DNA of 64,000 nt, from assembly GCA_963835115.1 (NCBI GenBank), contig CAWIEP010000046.1, positions 487 through 64,486 of the forward strand. Direction: 5' to 3'. Made by a program: the position numbers and the translations under genes. Every line of letters begins with the position of its first letter. Position 1 is the stretch's first letter. Positions 53,278 to 64,000 of the stretch are shown here, piece by piece. Source of the stretch: an uncultured Pseudomonadota bacterium (GTDB taxonomy: Bacteria; Pseudomonadota; Alphaproteobacteria; Rhizobiales; Beijerinckiaceae). The notes under the pieces were generated by a model. The model worked only from the letters and a program-made list of their open reading frames with translations, searched no databases and was not told the DNA's origin.

Positions 53278-55465
53278 TAGGCCTCCAACCGGTCGATCAT
53301 CAGCGCCTGCGTATAGCGTGTCTCGTAGGTCTTGCGGGCGTTGCGGCCGATCTCCTCGCGCAAGGTCCGGTCCTCAACCAGGCGCGCGACGGCCTCGGCG
53401 AGTTCGCGCGGCTCGCCGGCGGGGACCAGCCAGCCGTCGACCCCATGCGTGAGGATCTCCGCGGCGCCGCCGACGTCATAGGCGACGACCGGCTTGCCGA
53501 AGCACATGGCCTCGATGAAGATGAGGCCGAAGGATTCGTATTTGGACGGGGCGACGAAAATGTCGGCGGCGGCATAGCGCGCCTCGAACTCCCGTGCGCG
53601 GCAGGGCGCCGTGGAAGCGCGTGCGCGCCAATTCCTCCGGCCGCGCGGAATTGTCGTCTTCGTAGCGCCGCCGCAGGGTCTTGTCGCCGACGGGAATGTC
53701 GTCGTCGCCGACGATGTCGGCGACGAGCGTGGGATGGGCGCGCAGCAGGTCCGGCAGGATCGCCAGCAGCGCGTCGGCGCCCTTGCGCGGTTCCAACCGA
53801 CCGACGAACAGCAGGTTGACGGCGTCATCGGAGGCTGCGCGCGCGAACGCGCGCGCCGCGAGATCGGCGATCCCGTGCGGAATGATCGTCACCTTCGCGC
53901 GGTCGATGGTCAGGCCATGCGCGGCGTCGATGTCGTCGAGGATGGCGTCTGAATTGGCGAGGATGTTTGGACCCTCCGCGATCAGCTTGGCCTCGCAGAG
54001 AATCGTCGGCTCGACGTGGCCGGCGAGATAATCCGGGCGCGACAACCAGTCGGGCTTGTGCGGCAACGACAGTTTGTAGGTCGTGTGCAGGCTGACGATG
54101 ACGGGAATGCGCGCGAGCGCCAGGCTCGCCATCGGCTCCAGATCGGCGATCGGGCCGGAGATCAGATCGAAGCAGCGATGGCCGTCGATGCGCTCGAACT
54201 CCTGGTGGAGCGCGAGGGAATAGGCGGTCAGGCTCGCCGGCGCCGGCGCGAATGCGTGCGCGTCCGCCTCCGTGATCGGCGAAACGTCGATGCGATGCAC
54301 CCAGACGCCCTCGACGAAGTCGATGTTGGGGCGCCCGTCGAGCGCCCGCGCGATCACCGTCACCTCATGGCCGCGCGCGGCGAGCCCGGTGGCGACCTCG
54401 CGCGTCCATTGGCCGATGCCGCCGTGGCCGAGCGGCGGATATTCGCGGGAGAACAGGCAGAATTCTGAGCCGCTGCTTCGCCGCCAAACGCGGCGGGAAC
54501 GGCATGAAGACGTCGCCGGCGGCGCTGGCCAGCGCGGCGGCGGAGAGGGTCGCGGGCGCATCGAGGCGCAGCGCGTCGGCGATCCCGTCCTCGACGCCGC
54601 GCTCGACTTCCGCGATCAGACGCTCGACCGTGGCGAGGTCGGCGGCGCCGTAGTCTAGCAGCGCGCGCTTCCAGGCGCGCTCCTTGGCCGTGTAGTCGGC
54701 GAGATAGGCGAGAATTTCGCTCAGGCGCCGGACCCCGAGATTGTGCCGCACGCAGAAATAGGCTTTTGAGCGCAACTGCGGATACATCGTGCGCGGCGCC
54801 GCCGCGCGGGTGCGAGTCAGGCCCGCCTCATATTTGTGATGGATTTCGGCGCCGGGCGCGACGGCGAATTTGAGGCCGGCGTCGTGCATGCGCAGGTTGA
54901 CGTCGGTCTCGTCGAGAAACCAGATATATTCCTCGTCGAAGCCGCCGATCGAAAGCAGGCTGGCGCGCCGCGCCGAGAAATTTGTGCCGGTGAGGCTGAG
55001 GAAGGTTTCGTCGTCGAGCGAAAAGTCCTCGGGGCTCGCGAAGGCGCGCGTATCGCCAAAACGGTCACAGACGGTGTAGCGCGCTTGAAAGGCGAAGCCG
55101 CCGGCGTCGCGGATGAAGCCGCCGACGGTGGCGACTTGCGCATCGGCGTAAGGCTCCAGCAGGCGTTCGAGCCAATCCGGCTCGGGCACGGCGTCGTCGT
55201 CGATGAAGACGACCACGTCGCCGCGCGCATGGGCGAGGCCGATGTTGCGCGACGCCGAGATGTTGACCTGATCGGTCGCATACGCGCGCAACCCTGCGGC
55301 GTGGATGGCGATCACGTCGGCGGTGTGATCGGTCGAGGGGCCGTTGACGACAATGACCTCGAAATTCTCATAGCGAATCTGATGCAGGCTGGTCAGCGTG
55401 CGATCGAGCGAATCGGCGCGGTTGACCGTCACGATGACGAGGGAAGCCGAGAGCTTGCGCGCCAT
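53202..55465 (-). CDS. Bifunctional GT2 + GT4 glycosyltransferase, frameshifted
   Basis: GT2: FEVIVVNGPSTD, SRNIGL, FIDDDAVP, GGFDE; GT4: SREYPP...GGIG, LFVGRLEPRKG, APSKYESFGLIFIEAM.FGKPVV. Confidence 0.85.
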
Positions 55466-55476
55466 GTCGGCTCCGG

Positions 55477-58093
<2,617 letters not shown>

Positions 58094-58099
58094 TCGGCG

Positions 58100-58759
58100 T
58101 CACGCCCGGCGGACGCGCTGCGCGCCGGTCGTGGCGGCGGTCGCCAGTTCGCGGGGCGGCCAGAACTCGTCGACCCAGTTTTCGAATTTCAACGCCGCTC
58201 CGCCCGGAAACAGCCGCGACACGACCGCGCGGCGGCTGTCGAGACGGACGCGCTCGTCGATCTCCAGCGCCGCCTCGGTCAACAGCGCCGCGCCCGCCCT
58301 GGAAACATCGGTGAGCAGCGCCTCGTGCTTCTGCCCGTCGAGCGTGTAGAGCCAAACTTTCCGATTCGAGAAATCGCGGCCATCGTCGCGGCGATCGCCG
58401 CTGTTGCCGAGATCGGCGTGCAAAATGGCGGCGATTCGCTCCTGGACCCGCTCGCCCTTGCGGGTGGTGATCCGCGTCTCCAACGCAAACCATCCCGGCG
58501 CCCGGCGCACGATGAAGCCCTCCAGCCGGCCGATGCCGTCGATATAGGCGATCACCCGCGAGCCCCAGGGACCCGCCTGCGCGGCGCGCAAACGCACCCC
58601 TCCGACGGAGACGTCGATGCACTCGCAAGGGTACTCGGCGCCGTCCTCGAGCATGTACCGGCCGGACAAATTCACGGCGACGCGCTTATAGCGGCGCCGG
58701 TCGTTGACCGTCTCCTCGGCCGCCTCGATCGCGACCTCGCTGCCGTCGTCATTGGTCAT
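58100..58759 (-). CDS. Tandem PilZ-domain protein
   Basis: RRRYKRV...DVSVGG in the first domain; DRRDDGR...DVSRAG in the second (degenerate). Confidence 0.85.
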   Translation of the reverse strand: MTNDDGSEVAIEAAEETVNDRRRYKRVAVNLSGRYMLEDGAEYPCECIDVSVGGVRLRAAQAGPWGSRVIAYIDGIGRLEGFIVRRAPGWFALETRITTRKGERVQERIAAILHADLGNSGDRRDDGRDFSNRKVWLYTLDGQKHEALLTDVSRAGAALLTEAALEIDERVRLDSRRAVVSRLFPGGAALKFENWVDEFWPPRELATAATTGAQRVRRA

Positions 58760-58844
58760 GGACGCGCGACCGTCGTTTGCCCTACGGAGAGATCTCGCGA
58801 GTTGGCGCGAGCCCTTCCCAAGGGAAACACGATGGCGCCTGTTC

Positions 58845-58881
58845 CTAAAGATTGGGTTATCATAATTTATCAAGGGGTTAA
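58845..58881 (-). promoter_or_regulatory. Putative CtrA-like sites upstream of the PilZ gene
   Basis: Minus strand TTAA-CCCCTTG-ATAA (58881-58867) followed by ATAA-CCCAATC-TTTA, in an AT-rich patch. Confidence 0.45.
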
Positions 58882-58924
58882 TATCGCGTCTCTTGTTGCG
58901 GGATTTTCTGTCGGCCGCGAACCG

Positions 58925-59620
58925 TTACTTTCCCCTAAACACGAGCTTGCCGCCCTCGACCGCGAAACTTCTGAGCCGCTCTAAAAACGTCATGCCGAGC
59001 AGACTCTGCTGAAGGGCGCCGGCTGCGCAACAAGCGCGGGGACGCCGCGCACGACAATGCCGCCGACCGCGACCCAACCGAGCCGCGTCGGCGCCGCGGT
59101 GGCTGGCGCCGTTGGCGGTCGTGACGTCGACAAAGAAATCGTCGGCCGCGACCGCGACGCCGGCGGCGGCGGCGTCCTCGGCCGTCAGCACCACCGAGGA
59201 AGCGCCGGTGTCGAACACGAACGCCACCGCGCCGGCCGTTGACTTTGCCGGGCACGATGAACTCGCCGCCCAGGCGACGGCGGATGACGACCTCGCCGCC
59301 GGGCCCCACCCGCGCGACCGAGGGACCGAACTCTCCATGACCCGGTCGGCGATCTCGGAAAATTCAAATCGGTAGGCGTAGACCGCGACCAGCGCGAGGC
59401 CGGTCAGCGCCCAGAACGCGGCGCCTGCGAGAACCCGCGCCGCCCCAGTAGGCCCGGCGCGGGCGAACCCGCTCAGCATCAGCCACAGCGCCAGCGAAAC
59501 CCCAAACGCGCCGCGCGCGAAATCGCCGTGCGACAGCCCCAACAGCGGCGCTTGCGGCGGCGCGAACCAAAGCGCGGTCAGCGCCGCCGCCAGCAAGGCG
59601 AGGGGCGCGAGCGCCCTCAC
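58925..59620 (-). CDS. TIGR02281 clan AA aspartic protease, indels
   Basis: Two TM helices, YAYRFE, FVFDTGASSVVLT, VTTANG, SLLGMTFLERL. Confidence 0.88.
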   Translation of the reverse strand: MRALAPLALLAAALTALWFAPPQAPLLGLSHGDFARGAFGVSLALWLMLSGFARAGPTGAARVLAGAAFWALTGLALVAVYAYRFEFSEIADRVMESSVPRSRGWGPAARSSSAVAWAASSSCPAKSTAGAVAFVFDTGASSVVLTAEDAAAAGVAVAADDFFVDVTTANGASHRGADAARLGRGRRHCRARRPRACCAAGALQQSLLGMTFLERLRSFAVEGGKLVFRGK

Positions 59621-59833
59621 GCGCCCGCGAGCGCGCACGCGGCCGCCGCGCGCGGCGCGCGAACGCGCCGCCATCATGCGTCCCGGCAGTTCCGCCATCA
59701 CGGCGAGGCGGTGGGATTGCGCCATCTCGGGCCACAGCGAGATTTCGGCGATCGTCCGCCCGCACCCGATGCAAAAACCGCCGAGCGGGTCGACGACGCA
59801 AATTTTTACGCAGGGAGACAAAGCGGAAGTCAT
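59617..59833 (-). CDS. DUF1289 protein
   Basis: SPCVKICVVD....CIGCGRTIAEISLW. Confidence 0.85.
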
Positions 59834-59842
59834 GGGCTCACT

Positions 59843-60634
59843 TTAAGCGTCCCGGCCGCCGATGAGAAGCGAAAGCAGTGTCGCGATCTCGCCGAGCGCC
59901 GCCGAAGCGCCGCAGACATCGCCGGTTTGGCCGCCGATCTGGCGGCGCGCGATTTCGACGAAAACGCGCATGACGCCCGCGGCGACGGCGCAGGCGAACA
60001 GCGCGCGCACGACCTCCAGCGAGATAAGGCCGAGCGTTGCGGCCAGGACGGAAAGCGTCGCCGCGACCGGACCTAGGGTTCGCACGCCCAACGCTGCCGC
60101 ACCGGCGCCGAGGCCGTCGCTCCGGGCGGCCGGCAGCCAGGCCAGCGGCCCCAACGCCGCGCTGCGCGCGACCGCGCCCGCCAGCACCAGCCCCGCCGCC
60201 GCGAAACCGACCGATGGGCGCGCCATGGCGACGATCGCCTCGACACGCAGCAGAATCGACAGGCCGAGCGCCAGGGCCCCATAGGTTCCGATGCGGCTGT
60301 CGCGCAGGATGGCGAGTTTCGCCGCGCGGTCGCGGCCGCCGCCGAAACCGTCGGCGACGTCGGCGAGGCCGTCCTCATGCAAGGCCCCGGTGGCGAAGAC
60401 CTGGACGATCACCGCCAGGGTCGCCGACAGAAGCGTCGGGAAACCCAGCGCGCGGGCGGCGATGAGACCGAGCGCGCCGAGCGCGCCGATGAAGGCGCCG
60501 GCGAGCGGCGCCGCCCAGCCGATGCGTCGGAAATCGGGCGCGGAGGCCGCGCCGCCCAGCGGCAGGCGAGTAAAGAAGCGCAGGTTTTCAGCGACGTCGC
60601 GTAGGCGCCGCGCCGAGATCGCGGTCTCCTTCAC
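59843..60634 (-). CDS. cobS: Adenosylcobinamide-GDP ribazoletransferase
   Basis: FFTRLP, TGALHEDGLADVADGFGGG, ILRDSRIGTYG, IGGQTGDVCGA. Confidence 0.95.
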   Translation of the reverse strand: MKETAISARRLRDVAENLRFFTRLPLGGAASAPDFRRIGWAAPLAGAFIGALGALGLIAARALGFPTLLSATLAVIVQVFATGALHEDGLADVADGFGGGRDRAAKLAILRDSRIGTYGALALGLSILLRVEAIVAMARPSVGFAAAGLVLAGAVARSAALGPLAWLPAARSDGLGAGAAALGVRTLGPVAATLSVLAATLGLISLEVVRALFACAVAAGVMRVFVEIARRQIGGQTGDVCGASAALGEIATLLSLLIGGRDA

Positions 60635-61053
60635 GAAGCCCACAGGAAGGTCGCCGCCGCCGCCAGCGCGATGACGGTCTGCCCATATTCCAAGAGGCCC
60701 CATTGCCAGACCAGCGCCCGGGCGGCGCCGATGTCCTTCGGCGCCAGCGTGAGGATCTGGTTGTTGACGGGACCCATCACGAACAGCGTATAGGGCCAGC
60801 TCGCCGCCGCGATCACCGCGCCGACGGCGAATCGCACATCGTTGCTAGCGAACCATTGCGAGAGGCCGCAGACGGCGGCCAGCAGCGCGAGCGCCGCCAT
60901 CAGCGCCACGCCGCGCCGGTCGCTCGGACCCCACTCCTTCAGCATCGCGACGTCGTCGAGCGCCAGCCGCGCCGGCTGTTCGACGCCGTTGACGTAGAGG
61001 CCGACGCCGGCGAGCGCGGCGGCGAAGGCGAGAGCGAACGAACCCGCGGTCAT
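60631..61053 (-). CDS. DUF1772 (anthrone oxygenase-like) membrane protein
   Basis: LYVNGVEQPARL.LDD...LKEWGPS..RG, WPYT..VM.PVN; 4-bp overlap with cobS. Confidence 0.8.
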   Translation of the reverse strand: MTAGSFALAFAAALAGVGLYVNGVEQPARLALDDVAMLKEWGPSDRRGVALMAALALLAAVCGLSQWFASNDVRFAVGAVIAAASWPYTLFVMGPVNNQILTLAPKDIGAARALVWQWGLLEYGQTVIALAAAATFLWAS

Positions 61054-61182
61054 GCGAACTCCTGTTTACTCGGGCGGCATGACCCGTGGGCGGCGCTCAA
61101 GTCAAGCCGCCGGGGCGGCGGCGATTGACTTCGGGGGGCCGATAACCGATGGCGGCGGCTCGAACGGGCGCTTCTAGGGGTC

Positions 61183-61866
61183 ATGTCGGCGCAGCGGCGG
61201 ATATGCGTGATCGGCAATTCGAGCGTCGGCGCGGTGCGCGTGGCGCTCTCCGGGCGCGCGCCGCCGGAGAGCTACGACTTCAGCTTCTTTGCGAGCGGCG
61301 GCGACAAATACGACAAGATCAGCCTCCGCGGCGACAGGCTCGTCGGCGCGGAAGTCGACAGCGGCGGCGATCCCGAACTGGCGAGCTACGACGGTTTCGT
61401 GGTCCACGGCCGCTTTCCCGCCGGCTTCGAGGCGCGGTTGTTCGCGCGCAGCCTGGCCTCGGCGCGCTATTCCGCAAGGGTGCGCGCAGCGGCGCTGAAC
61501 GACTGGCGCAGCCACTACAAATCCTGGGGATTGGGGCTGCTGCTGCACGAGCGCTACGGCCGGCCGGTGCTGGCGCTTTCGCGCAACATTTTCGCCAGCG
61601 AGCGCGCGGGCGAGGCGTCGGAGCGGCGCGAGGGCGACGAGGCGATGGCGCGGCTCGCGGCGCCGTTGCGCTTCGCGCCGCTGCCCGACGCATTGTTCGA
61701 GGCGGAGGGTCGCGTGCGGCGTGAGTTTTATTCGCACTACGTCAACGTGCACGGCCGCGAAAGCCGGGCGTCGAACCCGGACGAATGGCACTACAACCGC
61801 GAGGGCGGGGGCCTGATCCTCGACAGCCTGCTGGAGAATCTGGAGGCCGCGTTCGCGGTTGTTTGA
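61183..61866 (+). CDS. Hypothetical protein, SGNH-like
   Basis: N-terminal ICVIGNSS and C-terminal DEWHYN resemble SGNH blocks I and V; genome-like codon usage. Confidence 0.55.
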   Translation: MSAQRRICVIGNSSVGAVRVALSGRAPPESYDFSFFASGGDKYDKISLRGDRLVGAEVDSGGDPELASYDGFVVHGRFPAGFEARLFARSLASARYSARVRAAALNDWRSHYKSWGLGLLLHERYGRPVLALSRNIFASERAGEASERREGDEAMARLAAPLRFAPLPDALFEAEGRVRREFYSHYVNVHGRESRASNPDEWHYNREGGGLILDSLLENLEAAFAVV

Positions 61867-61978
61867 ACGAAGCGGCGCCGTTCGGGCCGGGGGGTCAGCG
61901 GGGCTTTGTCGCTCCGGATTTCTGGCCGCCAAGTTCGCGCGCATTGACAGTTCCGCCGCGCCATGTCTCCAAGCGCCG

Positions 61979-62347
61979 ATGAGACGTCCCGCCGATCTGC
62001 TCGCCACCCTCGCCGCAATCATGGGCGCCGGCGGCGTGGCGCTGGCGGCGGCCTCGACGCACGCGGGCGGCGGCGAATTCGGCCGCACGGCGTCGCAATT
62101 TCTCATCCTGCACGCCGCGGTGCTGCTGGGCGTCAGCGCCGGCGCGCGCGCCGGCGCTCCGCGCCGAGCGCGGCGCCTGCTCGGCGGCGGGGCGGCGCTC
62201 GCCGTGGGGACGCTGCTGTTTTCCGGCGATCTCGCCTGGCGCGCGTTCTCTGGCGTCCGGCTGTTTCCGTTCGCCGCGCCGAGCGGCGGTTCGCTGATGA
62301 TCCTCTCCTGGGCGGCGCTTGCCCTGGTCTTCGCCCTGCCGGAATAA
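61979..62347 (+). CDS. DUF423 (YgdD/TMEM256) membrane protein
   Basis: GVALAAASTH, LHA, GTLLFSGDL, AAPSGGSLMILSW. Confidence 0.85.
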   Translation: MRRPADLLATLAAIMGAGGVALAAASTHAGGGEFGRTASQFLILHAAVLLGVSAGARAGAPRRARRLLGGGAALAVGTLLFSGDLAWRAFSGVRLFPFAAPSGGSLMILSWAALALVFALPE

Positions 62348-62371
62348 AAAAGGGGCGCCATGAGGCGCCCC
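62346..62371 (-). terminator. Intrinsic terminator for amtB (possibly bidirectional)
   Basis: GGGGCGCC-ATGA-GGCGCCCC hairpin with A6 on its left (U-tract on the minus strand). Confidence 0.7.
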
Positions 62372-62426
62372 AGGTGGGGAGGAACGAGAAACCGGGGCGC
62401 AAGCGCGCGCCCCGGAGAGAACGACG

Positions 62427-63994
62427 CTACTGAACCACCTCGCCGTGCAGGGCGAGATCGAGGCCTTCGCGCTCGATTTCGTCGCTGACCTTCAGGCCGA
62501 TCACCGTCTTGATGATCGACAGGATGATGAAGGTTACGATCGCGTCGTAGACGATGACGGTGCCGACGCCGATGAACTGGTTGACGACCTGTTGCGGGTT
62601 GCCCTCGAGCAGACCGGAATGGCCGCTGTACTCGTTGACCGCGAACACGCCGGTCAGGATCGCGCCGATGATGCCGCCGACGCCGTGGACGCCGAAGCAG
62701 TCAAGCGCATCGTCATAGCCGAACATGTGCTTGAGCGCCGGTCGCGCCCCAGTAGCAGCCGACGCCGCAGGCGACGCCGATCACGAACGCGCCGAGCGGA
62801 CCGACAAAGCCCGAGGCCGGAGTAATTGCGACGAGGCCCGCGACGGCGCCCGAGCAGATGCCGAGCACGGTCGGCTTGCCGCGATGGGCCCATTCCACGA
62901 ACATCCAGGTCAAGCCAGCGGCGGCGGTCGCGAGCTGCGTGACGGTCATCGCCATGCCCGCTTGCAAGCCGGCGCTGGTGGCCGAACCGGCATTGAACCC
63001 GAACCAGCCGACCCACAGCAGGCCCGCGCCGATGAAGGTCAGCACCATGTTGTGGGCGGGGCCCATGTCGCGGCGCTTGCCGAGCATGAGCGCGCAGACC
63101 AGACCCGCGACGCCCGCGTTGATGTGCACGACCGTGCCGCCGGCGAAGTCGAGCACGAATTCGGCCGGCAAAGTTGCCCTTCGCGTCGACGTTGACCGAA
63201 GAGAACATGCCGTCGGGTCCCCACAACCAATGTGCGACCGGCGCGTAGACGAAGATCGCCCACAGACCGATGAACCACAGCATCGCCGAGAACTTCATTC
63301 GCTCCGCGAAAGCGCCAGCGATAAGCGCCGGCGTGATGATCGCGAAGGTCATCTGGAAGCACATGTAGACGGTCTCGGGGATCGTCGGCGCCAGCGCATT
63401 CGGGACTGTTCGAGCCCGAAGCCAGGTCGTAGTGAATGCCCTGGAGGAACACTCGACTGAAGCCGCCGACGAACTCGTTGCCGCCGGTGAACGACAGGCT
63501 GTAGGTGACGGCCGCAATAGAGCACGGTCACCAGGCAGGTGATGGCGAAGCTCGTCATCACGGTGTCGCCGACGTTCTTCTTGCGCACCATGCCGCCGTA
63601 GAACAGGCCGAGGCCCGGGATCGTCATCATCGAGCACGAGCGCCATGGAGGTCAGCATCCAGGCGGTGTCGCCGGAGTTGCCGACGCACTTGTCAGTGAC
63701 GCTGCCGGAGCACGACGGCGGAGGCGCCGGCGTGGGCGAGGCCGCGGGGGTCGCGGCGGCGGCCGGCGACGCCGCAGGCGCGGCGGCGGCGGCGGCGGCG
63801 GCGGGACTCGCAGAAGCGGAGGGCGCGGGCGTCGCCATGGCGGAGGCGGACGGCGCGGGCGTGGCCATAGCGGAGGCTGAGGGCGATGGCGTCTGCGCCA
63901 TGCTCGGCAGCCCGAACCCGATCAGCGCGGCAATCGCCAGCGCCGGCGCGAGGCCGGAAAGATACCTGGACAGTTTCATATTTCTGAACTCCAC
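62427..63994 (-). CDS. amtB: Ammonium transporter with long N-terminal extension, frameshifted
   Basis: [80 protein letters not shown]. Confidence 0.93.
63779..63892 (-). repeat. In-frame 30-bp tandem repeat x3 ([10 protein letters not shown]) plus a GCC/poly-Ala run in the amtB 5' region
   Basis: [30 protein letters not shown] followed by a poly-Ala run. Confidence 0.85.
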
Positions 63995-64000
63995 GAAAGG

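Noticed and set aside
58925-59833. Apparent DUF1289-aspartic protease fusion ORF (302 aa)
   Set aside because: The junction has the GTGA stop/start overlap typical of two coupled genes; one indel in this error-prone region would explain the read-through

Overview
64 kb of GC-rich alphaproteobacterial chromosome (Hyphomicrobiales; gene content is compatible with a Roseiarcus/Beijerinckiaceae-like anoxygenic phototroph, which is inference). It is mostly housekeeping: hflK, a CNNM/CorC transporter, fused aroK-aroB, an EF-G paralog, ihfB, rppH, the ATPase zeta subunit, deoB, yejABEF, alr, nrnC-type exonuclease, an exoR-like gene, valS, prpE, ettA, 6S RNA-ygfA-ymdB, guaB, cobS and amtB. Many genes are split by single-base indels, best explained as uncorrected long-read consensus error rather than pseudogenes. 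The most interesting locus is at 32.2-35.0 kb: a stand-alone two-gene unit of a membrane alpha/beta-hydrolase plus bacteriochlorophyll synthase (bchG). No other photosynthesis gene is in the window, and a perfect PpsR/CrtJ palindrome overlaps its TTGACA -35 box. It is a candidate pigment de-esterification/re-esterification module. Other points of note: two diverged copies of an AT-rich intergenic element (8.2 kb and 20.2 kb); a DUF1993/EmrB chimeric junction; a palindromic repeat translated into the YejE N-terminus; a collagen-like lipoprotein; a sulfotransferase/GT61/FkbM glycan-tailoring islet; a GH113-FG-GAP protein; and an aromatic-catabolism trio appended to the 6S RNA operon. No tRNA, rRNA, CRISPR array or transposase was seen.
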